A stretch of DNA of 64,000 bases, taken from the NCBI GenBank assembly GCA_030141605.1, contig JAQGDQ010002402.1, forward strand, positions 19,194-83,193, in the 5' to 3' direction. Within the stretch, counting starts at the first letter, position 1. Every line of letters begins with the position of its first letter. Both the position numbers and the translations under genes were made by a program. The DNA is from Tubiluchus corallicola (lineage: Eukaryota; Animalia; Priapulida). Below, one piece after another: positions 54,237 to 63,257 of the stretch. A model generated the notes under the pieces. It ran no database searches. It was not told the DNA's origin and saw nothing but the letters and a program-made list of their open reading frames with translations.

Positions 54237-55526
54237 ATGAACTACCAAGAGGTTTTACAATATTTATACACACAACTTCCTGTTTTTCAAAACATCGGCA
54301 ATAAAGCTCTTAATCTTGGGTTGGACAATATGTTGAAATTAGACCAGCATCTTAACCATCCACACCATAGTTTTAGAACTATCCATATAGGAGGAACAAA
54401 TGGCAAAGGAAGTGTTGCCCATATATTAGCTTCTATTTTACAAAAAGCAGGCTTCAGAGTTGGGCTTTATACCTCTCCGCACATATCTGATTTTAGAGAA
54501 CGAATAAAAATAAATGGAACAACAATTTCTAAAAAAGATGTAATCGCATTTGTAAAAAACAATACTTCAATTATTAAAAAAGAAAAACCCTCATTTTTTG
54601 AACTTACCGTAGCAATGGCTTTTCATTACTTTAAAAGTAAGAAAATAGACATCGCAGTTATTGAAGTAGGACTGGGAGGGCGGTTAGACTCAACCAATAT
54701 TATTACTCCTACCCTATCCGTCATCACCAACATTAGCAAAGACCATACACAAATTCTCGGCAACACACTACAAGCCATTGCCCAAGAAAAAGCAGGCATC
54801 ATCAAAAAAGAAATACCAGTAGTAATAGGCGAAAGCAATGAAATCACAAACAATATTTTTGTAGAAGCAGCTCGTAAGCAAAATGCACCTATCTTTTTTG
54901 CAGATAAAACCTATACCATTACTGATAAAACATTGCCTAACAAAGAAAAACAACATTTGAATATTAGTAAAAAAGGTAAGATGTGCTACAAAAACTTAAC
55001 TTTAAACCTACTGGGTAGGTTTCAGCAAAAAAATATAGTATCTGTTTTACAGTCTATTGATATTCTTAATCAGCAAAACTTCAATATTTCTACAGAAAAT
55101 ATTTATCAGGGATGTGAAAATGTAACAAAAAATACTGCTTTCAAAGGACGCTGGCAAGTCATTAGCAAAAAACCTCTCACCATTTGCGATATGGCTCACA
55201 ACGAACAGGGGATAAAAAACAGTATAGAACAATTATCTATGGTATCTCACGAAAATTTACATATAATAATAGGAATGGTAAAAGAAAAAACAATAGACAA
55301 CATATTGCAACTACTACCTTCGAAGGCAAACTACTATTTTGCAAAACCTGACATATTTCGTGCATTAGACGAATACCAGCTATATAGCTCTGCTAAAAAG
55401 TATAGTTTACAAGGGAAAACTTATAAGTCGATAAAAACGGCACTGGGAATAGCCAAACAAAAAGCAAATGATAAGGATCTTATTTTCATTGTAGGAAGTA
55501 CTTTTAATTTAAAAAAAATAATTTAG
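54237..55526 (+). CDS. folC: Folylpolyglutamate/dihydrofolate synthase
   Basis: GTNGKGS, YTSPH, EVGLGGRLDSTN; start moved to MNYQE. Confidence 0.95.
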   Translation: MNYQEVLQYLYTQLPVFQNIGNKALNLGLDNMLKLDQHLNHPHHSFRTIHIGGTNGKGSVAHILASILQKAGFRVGLYTSPHISDFRERIKINGTTISKKDVIAFVKNNTSIIKKEKPSFFELTVAMAFHYFKSKKIDIAVIEVGLGGRLDSTNIITPTLSVITNISKDHTQILGNTLQAIAQEKAGIIKKEIPVVIGESNEITNNIFVEAARKQNAPIFFADKTYTITDKTLPNKEKQHLNISKKGKMCYKNLTLNLLGRFQQKNIVSVLQSIDILNQQNFNISTENIYQGCENVTKNTAFKGRWQVISKKPLTICDMAHNEQGIKNSIEQLSMVSHENLHIIIGMVKEKTIDNILQLLPSKANYYFAKPDIFRALDEYQLYSSAKKYSLQGKTYKSIKTALGIAKQKANDKDLIFIVGSTFNLKKII

Positions 55527-55601
55527 CATTTTTGTTTGATTATACAAAATAAGATTTTACCTTTGCACTGATTTTATAACTATATTATTTTTTGGTTATA
55601 G

Positions 55602-55679
55602 GGGCGATTAGCTCAGTTGGTTCAGAGCACCTGCCTTACAAGCAGGGGGTCGTAGGTTCGAATCCTACATCGCCCACCA
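55602..55679 (+). tRNA. tRNA-Val (TAC)
   Basis: GGGCGAT/ATCGCCC acceptor, CCTGC-CTTACAA-GCAGG anticodon arm, encoded CCA. Confidence 0.96.
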
Positions 55680-55688
55680 CTGATTATA

Positions 55689-55724
55689 AAGGAGTTACAT
55701 AGGTTTATGTAGCTCCTTCTTTTT
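55689..55724 (+). terminator. Terminator-like hairpin after tRNA-Val
   Basis: AAGGAGTTACATA-GGTT-TATGTAGCTCCTT followed by T run. Confidence 0.7.
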
Positions 55725-55791
55725 GGCACTTACCCAACAAATTACCCAACAATTGAAAAGATATTTTTTATTTAAAGGATAGTAATACATA

Positions 55792-56202
55792 TTATTCAAA
55801 TTGTTTCTTTAGTTTTTCAATTCTCTTAATATGTGCCTCCATTTCTGTAGGGTCGGGGTATTCTAATTTTATCTCTATAGGTTTCTCTTCATTTATTTGA
55901 TGGTTTGAGGGTTTCTCCCCGCTGGTATCTCTTATTGCCTCAAATGCCTTTAAACTTGCATTTGCATTGCCTCCCATTGCTAAGTCCATTAGTTTTAATA
56001 GTATAGCCTCATCTGTAGGTAGGGTAGGATATAAATATTTGTTGTCTTGTTTTTGTAGTTGAGAAATGGGAACTTTTAAAACTCCGTTGTTTTGCCTTAA
56101 CTCATTTAATTTTTTTCTAAAAGACGGAGGTTGTCCCTTCTTATTTATGTTTTGTGGGTTCTTATCAAAACCTTTGCCTATTATGTTTTGAGGGTTTGGC
56201 AT
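55792..56202 (-). CDS. Phage-type small protein (DUF5681/terminase-small-subunit-like N terminus)
   Basis: GKGFDKNPQNINKKGQPP resembles the F..G..GNPKGRP motif; C-terminal AFEAIRDTSGEKP. Confidence 0.5.
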   Translation of the reverse strand: MPNPQNIIGKGFDKNPQNINKKGQPPSFRKKLNELRQNNGVLKVPISQLQKQDNKYLYPTLPTDEAILLKLMDLAMGGNANASLKAFEAIRDTSGEKPSNHQINEEKPIEIKLEYPDPTEMEAHIKRIEKLKKQFE

Positions 56203-56360
56203 TTTCTACATTGTATTTACGTTGCAAATGGGTATGTAGGTATAAAGATACTAAAATTACTTATATGGTATTATAGTAGGTTATTTAGGGTAAAAATAGC
56301 AATGTTCTTTATTCCTCCTCCGTTTGCCAAAGGCTATTTACTTTTGTAGTTGTTTATAAT

Positions 56361-56528
56361 CTATTCCTTTTTTTTGAACTCTCCTTTTATTTCCTCCAAT
56401 AATGATATGATTTTCTCTTGATTTTTAACTCTAATATTAATTTTATAATACCAAAGAATAACATTTCTCAAAATAATAAATAAAAGTAATGCTACACATA
56501 CAATAATTGCAATTGCTAAAATATCCAT
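56361..56528 (-). CDS. Small single-TM protein (55 aa), below the ORF-track cut-off
   Basis: Read by hand: MDILAIAIIVCVALLLFIILRNVILWYYKINIRVKNQEKIISLLEEIKGEFKKKE. Confidence 0.55.
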   Translation of the reverse strand: MDILAIAIIVCVALLLFIILRNVILWYYKINIRVKNQEKIISLLEEIKGEFKKKE

Positions 56529-56626
56529 AATAATAATTTAAAATTTAAATTGATTAATAAATAGAATTATAACTAAAAGAGTAAATAATACTTCTCTACC
56601 CTTCCTCCGTTTGCCAAAGGCTATTT

Positions 56627-57172
56627 TTACCAATCGTTATTAGTCTCTTGTTTTTTAATCATATAACTTTCAATATTTGAAGTTAAACTATTTATATTTC
56701 CCTCCGTTTGTTTTTTCATATCGTCCCAGTTATCTTTAACAAAATTCTTACCACCTTTACAATGCTCGCAAGTCTCAGCATCTGTAATTAATCCAAAATT
56801 ATATCTATCTCCATAAGTAATTGTATTTCCTTCGTGTATAAAATTATTAAGTTCATATTTAAACCTACCTTCTTTTACCATTATTTTAATATTATAGTAA
56901 ATAACACCTTTTACAGCATCTCCACCTACAAACCTATTAGGGTTAAATTGAAATAATGCTCTACCTGAAATTACTCCCTCTTCTTTATCTTCATACTGTA
57001 TAACTTCTTTACTATTCTTATAGATTTCTGCAAACCACATTTTAGCATTGCTAAAAAGTTTATCTTTTGATAAATTTTCTACTTCTATCACTTTTTCATA
57101 AGTTATAGGCTCTTGTGCAAAAAGAGAAATAGAAATACTTAGAATAAAGAAAATTGATAATAGTTTTTTCAT
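56627..57172 (-). CDS. Secreted DUF4468-like protein
   Basis: Signal peptide; VENLSKDKLFSNAKMWF...EVIQYEDKEEGVI...KEGRFKY. Confidence 0.65.
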   Translation of the reverse strand: MKKLLSIFFILSISISLFAQEPITYEKVIEVENLSKDKLFSNAKMWFAEIYKNSKEVIQYEDKEEGVISGRALFQFNPNRFVGGDAVKGVIYYNIKIMVKEGRFKYELNNFIHEGNTITYGDRYNFGLITDAETCEHCKGGKNFVKDNWDDMKKQTEGNINSLTSNIESYMIKKQETNNDW

Positions 57173-57244
57173 AATAAATAAGTTTTGTTTATAAAGATTA
57201 GAAATATTTTTAGTGATGCAATATTACAAAATTTAGATAACTTT

Positions 57245-57466
57245 TTATTCCTTTTTTACCCTTTTGTATAGTTGTAATAGGTATTGAATATCAGGGGTAA
57301 AAAGTTGTGTTACTTCCTCCGTGTTTAAGTGGTAGTTTTTTATTAAATAAGCCATTATAAGACCTTGTAATGGCTGGGTAGATATACAATGTTCCTGTAG
57401 TTTCAATACAAGTTCTAAACTATCTACAATAGTATCTATACGGTTTACTTCTTTATTTAGGTTCAT
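57245..57466 (-). CDS. Hypothetical protein
   Basis: 73-aa ORF in a co-oriented cluster. Confidence 0.4.
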   Translation of the reverse strand: MNLNKEVNRIDTIVDSLELVLKLQEHCISTQPLQGLIMAYLIKNYHLNTEEVTQLFTPDIQYLLQLYKRVKKE

Positions 57467-57487
57467 AACTAATTAAGATTTTAGGGT

Positions 57488-57745
57488 TTATTGTTTCTTT
57501 TTGTTTGCTTCTATATCTTTTAAGATTTGTTTTGTAAGAAGGGTAGCAAGGTTGTCTATATGTAGTTTGTAAATATCTTTGAGTTGGTTAAGGTATTTTT
57601 GTGTATTAGCATCTTGGGAGAGGTTAATACAGTGGTTAAGCTCTTCAATCTGCACATATAGAAATTTAATGAAAGGGTGAGCGGGTGGGGTATGTTCTTT
57701 TTTCATAAGTAGAGTATGTTTTAATTTACTCTCCCCCAGTTCCAA
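57488..57745 (-). CDS. Hypothetical protein (start uncertain)
   Basis: ORF directly downstream of the structured RNA candidate. Confidence 0.4.
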   Translation of the reverse strand: MELGESKLKHTLLMKKEHTPPAHPFIKFLYVQIEELNHCINLSQDANTQKYLNQLKDIYKLHIDNLATLLTKQILKDIEANKKKQ

Positions 57746-57807
57746 AGAAGGTAATTAATATCTAAAATCTAATAACGAATATCTAAAAGTTTTTAGACAA
57801 AAAATAA

Positions 57808-57925
57808 GCAAGGAACTGTAACTTATCCGTTTGTAAGGTACTGGTATACCCGTGAACAAAATAAGTACAGCCCTTGCCATACTTAAATATTCTTTGTTCA
57901 CTTCAAATTACCAGTTTTTACAAAC
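57808..57925 (-). ncRNA. Candidate structured switch/antisense RNA (c4- or P4 CI-like architecture)
   Basis: Closing stem GCAAGGGCTGTAC-TTAT / ATAAG-TTACAGTTCCTTGC; three loop segments complementary to upstream sites. Confidence 0.5.
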
Positions 57926-58219
57926 AAGAATATAAGCTATTGCTTATTATGTTATTTTAAATGATGTTAATAGTGTTGTGTTAATTCATATAGTTAGTTT
58001 TAAGTTGTGTTGTTTGTTTAGTTTTCTTATTTGGCTTCTTTTATAATCTTACTATGTAATAGCAATTAAATTGTAACTACGGAGGGAGAATATAATACTC
58101 TAAAAGTATAGAATATTAATGTTTTGATTGTATATGTTTAGGGCTATTTTGTGTTTTTAAATAATTATAGGCAATACCTATAATAACTCCAAAAAATGCT
58201 ATACACATTATAATTAACC

Positions 58220-58441
58220 CTATTGATTTTGCATCCATAACTTAAATAGTTTTGCAGAATTTATAAATAAAAATATACTAAAAATTAAAAATAACGAAGT
58301 CCCTGCCCAAAAAGATATGTTATAAAATAAACCTTGCTTACTATAAATAGTCATCAAACCACCACAAATACCCATTAAAAGAATTATCAAAAGACTAAGG
58401 GTAGTAGTTAAAACCTTTACTTTATTATCTTCTGTTGCCAT
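58220..58441 (-). CDS. Small two-TM membrane protein
   Basis: 73 aa, two hydrophobic helices, CGGLMTIY motif shared with adjacent paralog. Confidence 0.6.
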   Translation of the reverse strand: MATEDNKVKVLTTTLSLLIILLMGICGGLMTIYSKQGLFYNISFWAGTSLFLIFSIFLFINSAKLFKLWMQNQ

Positions 58442-58578
58442 AAATAAATATCTTAATTCAAGATACTACAAATATTAGTGTTTTGATTGTATATGTTTAG
58501 GGCTATTTTGTGTTTTTAAATAATTGTAGGCAATAGTCACAAGTATGCTAAGAAATGCTATACTCATTATAATTAACC

Positions 58579-58801
58579 CTATAAACTTGATGTTTTCCAT
58601 AGTTTAAACAATTTTATAACAGTTATTATTATAAATATACAAATACCAAAGAATATTAAGAAACCTACAATAAAAGAATAGTTATAAAATATATCTTCTT
58701 TTTCATAAATTGTCATCAAACCACCACAAAGGGCAATTAACAGAATAGTATATAATTGTAGATAGGTGTTGAGGTTCTTTTATTTTGTCTTTGGCATTCA
58801 T
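58579..58801 (-). pseudogene. Frameshifted paralog of 58220-58441
   Basis: MNAKDKIK then shifted NLNTYLQLYTILLIALCGGLMTIYEKEDIFYNYSF...KLFKLWK; span 223 nt, one more than 222. Confidence 0.6.
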
Positions 58802-59450
58802 AATACAAATATAATCAATTTACAGTTAAATATAACTATTAAAATAATCTAAGATGATGAGTTAAGTCTCCTACCCTCCGTTTTCTATTGTTGAGTTTGT
58901 TGAAATACTGGTTACGTATATTGTGGGCTATTTCTAACATTTGAATATCTAAGGGTTTTGTTCTCCAATGTGGTTTTAGGTAGTTTCTCTCTAAATGTTT
59001 GTAGGCGTGTCTATCTTGTTTGTATAGTTGTTTGAGTGTGGTTACATAAACAAAACTACTCCCCTCTTTTTGGTGTGAAATATCTATACCAGTAACTTGG
59101 CAATACTTCACCTGTTTTAACTCTATATATAAGGGGTTAATTTGGGTGAAGTTGTTATTTTCAAACTTGGTTAATTCGGGTGAAGTTTGGGTATCGTTTT
59201 TAAGTAATTCATTACATTTTTTTTCTATCAAAGAGAATGTTTTTGTATGGTAGGTATTTTGATTGTATTTGTCTCTTAGTTCTTTAAATCTTAATTGTTG
59301 CAATTTGTTGCAATTTGTTGCAACAAATAAAAGGAACAAAAAATTTGTAAATAATAAGTTCTGTAATTACATTTGGAACTTTTAAATCTCTAAGGTCTAT
59401 CTAATATCCTATGAACTATTCTCTGCTATGCCTACTACTATTCTTTTTAT
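58666..59450 (-). repeat. Left arm of large inverted repeat (partner 63216-64000; extends beyond the window)
   Basis: 785 bp near-identical in reverse complement, with a few substitutions. Confidence 0.95.
58839..59339 (-). CDS. Hypothetical protein, probably a truncated C-terminal part of a mobile-element gene (copy 1)
   Basis: TTG start overlapping TTGCAACAAA repeats; CQVTGIDISHQK and EIAHNIRN motifs. Confidence 0.4.
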   Translation of the reverse strand: MFLLFVATNCNKLQQLRFKELRDKYNQNTYHTKTFSLIEKKCNELLKNDTQTSPELTKFENNNFTQINPLYIELKQVKYCQVTGIDISHQKEGSSFVYVTTLKQLYKQDRHAYKHLERNYLKPHWRTKPLDIQMLEIAHNIRNQYFNKLNNRKRRVGDLTHHLRLF

Positions 59451-61798
59451 GTATAATAACTGTTCAAGGACAAAACTTTAAGGTAGAAGGCACAATATTA
59501 GATAATGAGAGCAATGTTTTGCCTTATGCCAATTTGCAAATACTAACCACTGATAGTGTTGCTTTCAAAGAAGGGATTTCAGGAGACAATGGAGTGTTCC
59601 TTTTTGAAGACATTCCTGCAGGCGAGTATTTGTTTTATGCCTATTATTTGGGGTGTGAACAATATGTAAGTAATATTACTATATCCTCAGATACCCAATT
59701 AGATAATATTAGGTTACAACAGCAATCTACAGCCATAGAAGAGGTAGTAGTAAAGGCATTAAGACCTACAGTAAAGCGTGAGATAGATAGGTATGTAGTA
59801 TCGCTTGAGAATACTTATGTAGGGGGAAGAACTATTTTAGATTTACTGCAATTTGCACCAGGAGTAATAGTAGATTTTGATGGCAATATCTCACTCAATA
59901 GACAAGGAGTTACAGTTTTTGTGAATGACAGGCAACTAAGGTTGAGCGGCGAGCAATTGCAAAGTTACTTGCTAAGTCTCAATAGTGAGGATATAGAGAG
60001 CATAGAGGTACTACCCAGCCCCAAAGCAGATATGGATGCAGAAGGTTCAGGAGGCATTATAATGATAAACCTAAAGAAAGGTGCTAAAAGAGGCACTAAT
60101 GGTTATGTCAATACAGGATACAGTAAAGGTATAGCACCAGCAGCTGATGGTAATATAGGCTTGAACTATAATAAGAACAACCTCACACTATATGGTAGCT
60201 ATATATATAACCATAATGAGAATTATAGATACAGCAAAAACTACAATACCTATGAAAATAGCGAGACAAACTTTATTGATTATTCTAAAAGTCATTACAG
60301 AAACGATTCTCATACTTTGCGAGGAGGTTTGGACTATGTTATCAAAGAGAAACACATTATAGGAATAGAGGTAGATGGCAATACTTCAAAAGGTGATACC
60401 AAAGAGGCTTATACCAATACTGAGATCTATACAGGTGAGGTTTTAGACACACTTATAGAAGGAAATTTTCCAAGAGAAAGCACTTCAAATAATACAGGAG
60501 TAAATTTTAACTATATATGGAATATAGATGACAAGGGCAGGAAGTTTAAATTGATTGCAGATTATTATACTTACTCCCAAGAAGTAGAAGATGAATACAA
60601 TAGTGATTATTACAGTAGTGATAATCCAGATGAAATAACAAGTGTAAACAGGCAGAGTATTAACGACAATACAATAGGCATTTACACAGCTCGTATAGAC
60701 TATATTCACCCGTTTAGTGATGATACTAAATTAGAAACAGGCTTTAAGTTTAGTGATGTAGCTTCTACCAACGACAGTAGGTTCTTTTTGTTAGAAGAGG
60801 ATATTTGGGTGGTAGATACTGACAGAACAGATAGGTTTAGCTATACAGAAAATATTTATTCAGGTTATGTGAGTTTCAACTCCAAATTAAAGAAATTAGA
60901 ATATTCACTCGGGCTTCGTGTAGAGCATACCCAGTTTGACACCTATTCTCATTCCTTAGATTCTGCCACAAATAGAGATTACACAGAACCTTTCCCTACT
61001 ATATTCTTGTTATATCCTGTGTCTGAAGAAGACAAGCTAATGCTTTATTATGGAAGAAGAATAGAACGCCCCCCATATAGAATAATGAATCCTTTTGAAT
61101 ATTTTCTAAGCGAATATACTGTAAGCAAAGGAAATTCTAACCTCATTCCTTCTTATTCTCAAAACTTAGAACTTACTTATGCCCTCAAAGACAAACATTA
61201 TTTTGCATTAAGATATAGATATGAAGATGATGAAATAGGAGAGTTTTTTTATAGAGACCCTGAAACTAATATTACTACAAGTACTTATAATAACTTAGCT
61301 CAATCACAAAGCTATGCTTTCACTATATTTAGTCCCTTTGAAATATGTAAATGGTGGAAAACAGATAATTTTCTGGACTTAAGCTACTATATTTATAAAG
61401 AAGAAGATTTTATAAATAAAGCTCCTTTTTTTTATGTTTCTTCTAATAATTATTTTCTTTTACCCAAAGATTTTAGAGTTGAAATGAACATAGAGTTTCG
61501 TTCTAAGTCAGCATATATATATCTTAATTATGAAGCTTGTACTTTTAATTTAAGTCTATCTATTCAAAAGAATTTTTGGAACAATAAGGCTAATTTAAGG
61601 ATATTTGCCAACGATATTTTTTATAGGAATGGCAGGTTTGAGGCGTCTAGTGACTATCAAGGGCAATATATTTATTCTTATATAGAGAAGGATACACAGC
61701 GAGTAGGTGTCTCCTTTAGGTATAATTTTGATTGGGGAAAAAGTTTTGCAGTGAAAGACAATGAAAAAAGTAACCAAGACGAATTACAAAGGAAGTAA
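59411..61798 (+). CDS. Outer-membrane beta-barrel/TonB-dependent receptor-like protein
   Basis: Signal peptide, carboxypeptidase-regulatory-like N domain, plug motif IESIEVLPSP..DAEGSGGII, C-terminal VSFRYNF. Confidence 0.88.
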   Translation: MNYSLLCLLLFFLCIITVQGQNFKVEGTILDNESNVLPYANLQILTTDSVAFKEGISGDNGVFLFEDIPAGEYLFYAYYLGCEQYVSNITISSDTQLDNIRLQQQSTAIEEVVVKALRPTVKREIDRYVVSLENTYVGGRTILDLLQFAPGVIVDFDGNISLNRQGVTVFVNDRQLRLSGEQLQSYLLSLNSEDIESIEVLPSPKADMDAEGSGGIIMINLKKGAKRGTNGYVNTGYSKGIAPAADGNIGLNYNKNNLTLYGSYIYNHNENYRYSKNYNTYENSETNFIDYSKSHYRNDSHTLRGGLDYVIKEKHIIGIEVDGNTSKGDTKEAYTNTEIYTGEVLDTLIEGNFPRESTSNNTGVNFNYIWNIDDKGRKFKLIADYYTYSQEVEDEYNSDYYSSDNPDEITSVNRQSINDNTIGIYTARIDYIHPFSDDTKLETGFKFSDVASTNDSRFFLLEEDIWVVDTDRTDRFSYTENIYSGYVSFNSKLKKLEYSLGLRVEHTQFDTYSHSLDSATNRDYTEPFPTIFLLYPVSEEDKLMLYYGRRIERPPYRIMNPFEYFLSEYTVSKGNSNLIPSYSQNLELTYALKDKHYFALRYRYEDDEIGEFFYRDPETNITTSTYNNLAQSQSYAFTIFSPFEICKWWKTDNFLDLSYYIYKEEDFINKAPFFYVSSNNYFLLPKDFRVEMNIEFRSKSAYIYLNYEACTFNLSLSIQKNFWNNKANLRIFANDIFYRNGRFEASSDYQGQYIYSYIEKDTQRVGVSFRYNFDWGKSFAVKDNEKSNQDELQRK

Positions 61799-62255
61799 TG
61801 ACAAACTTATATATACAAATGAATAAAAAAATTACCCAACAATTGAAAAGACATTATTCTTTTTTATCCTTTGCTTACCTTTACTAAATTGTTTTCTAAT
61901 TTTTAATTAGCAATAATACATTTGTTTTCTCTCTCATTTTTATTTTTGTTTCAACTTAGAGTTTTAAGTAGAGACAAGATAATGCTCTTACAACCACAGT
62001 CTTTTAGCAGCTTCTATTTTTCTAACCATTATCATAATTTAGAGCTTATCGTTTGCTTTTTTTCCTTTTGCAACTGTGGAGTCGTAAGCTAAATAGAAAA
62101 TGAAAACCACAAGCGTTTAAAATCTATCAGTTTTTATATTAAAAGCTAAACATTAGTGTATTGTTATTTAATTTTTAATTAAAAGAACTACCTTTGCAAC
62201 ATTTAAATGTTCAACTTCTATTTAAAAATCTTTTTTTATTCATAAAAAAGCTAAT

Positions 62256-63257
62256 ATGAACAAAAAAGCAAGCATTAAAGATATTGAAAAAGAAACAGGC
62301 ATTTCAAAAGGCACAATCCATAGAGTATTACACAAAAAAGGCTATGTAGCAGACGAAACTAAAAAAAAGGTGCTACAAGCAGTAAAAAAATTAAATTACA
62401 AACCAAACTTACTTGCAAGCACATTAGCTTACAATAAAAAACGAACTTTTGCTACCTTAATTCCAGATCCAGCAGAAATTTCTTTTTGGAAAGATGTAGA
62501 CAAAGGTTGTAAAAAAGCCATCAAAGAACTTTCTTACTTTAATATAGATGTACAACGTTTCTATTTTAGTCTAAAAGACAATAACTTTGAAGAGCAAAGC
62601 CAAAATATTTTATCCATAAAAGATCTATCAGGAGTTGTATTTGTTCCTACGTTTAAAGAAGTATCTTACAAATTTTCTTCACAATTGGAACGCCAGAGAG
62701 TTCCATTTGTGAATATAAATGTACACGACAAAAACCTCCCCTATATCGCCTATCTTGGACAAGATGCTTATGGAATAGGACAACAAGGAGCTTTTTTAAC
62801 AAACTCTGTTGTTCCCAAAGGAAAAACTTTAATAACCAATTTATATTCACAAAATAAACACTCTATTTACGGAGAACAAAGAATAAAAGGATTCTCTGAT
62901 TTTTATGACAAAATAGACAGAAAAAATGACATTATATTATTTGAAACCTCTACTAACAATGAAAAAAACTTAGCGAAATTATTAAAAAAAGTGTTTGCTA
63001 AGCATACGATTAGTTCCATATTTATTAATAACTCGCGAGGATATTTAATTGGTAATTTTTTGAAACAGCACAATTATAAAGGTATATACTTTGTTGGAAT
63101 GGATTTAATAAAGGAAAATATCTCATTGATGCAAGAAGGTTATATTGATTTTCTTATCTCACAAAAGCCTGAAAAACAAGGAAAACAAGGACTACTGCTC
63201 TTGTTTGATGTACTAATAAAAAGAATAGTATTAGGCATAGCAGAGAATAGTTCATAG
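62256..63257 (+). CDS. LacI-family transcriptional regulator with C terminus supplied by the inverted repeat
   Basis: SIKDIEKETGISKGTIHRVL HTH, LNYKPN; last ~13 codons lie in the repeat arm. Confidence 0.88.
   Translation: MNKKASIKDIEKETGISKGTIHRVLHKKGYVADETKKKVLQAVKKLNYKPNLLASTLAYNKKRTFATLIPDPAEISFWKDVDKGCKKAIKELSYFNIDVQRFYFSLKDNNFEEQSQNILSIKDLSGVVFVPTFKEVSYKFSSQLERQRVPFVNINVHDKNLPYIAYLGQDAYGIGQQGAFLTNSVVPKGKTLITNLYSQNKHSIYGEQRIKGFSDFYDKIDRKNDIILFETSTNNEKNLAKLLKKVFAKHTISSIFINNSRGYLIGNFLKQHNYKGIYFVGMDLIKENISLMQEGYIDFLISQKPEKQGKQGLLLLFDVLIKRIVLGIAENSS

Noticed and set aside
382-62850. Numerous 60-170-aa ORFs overlapping or antisense to housekeeping genes
   Set aside because: These are shadow frames of well-supported genes with no recognisable motifs.
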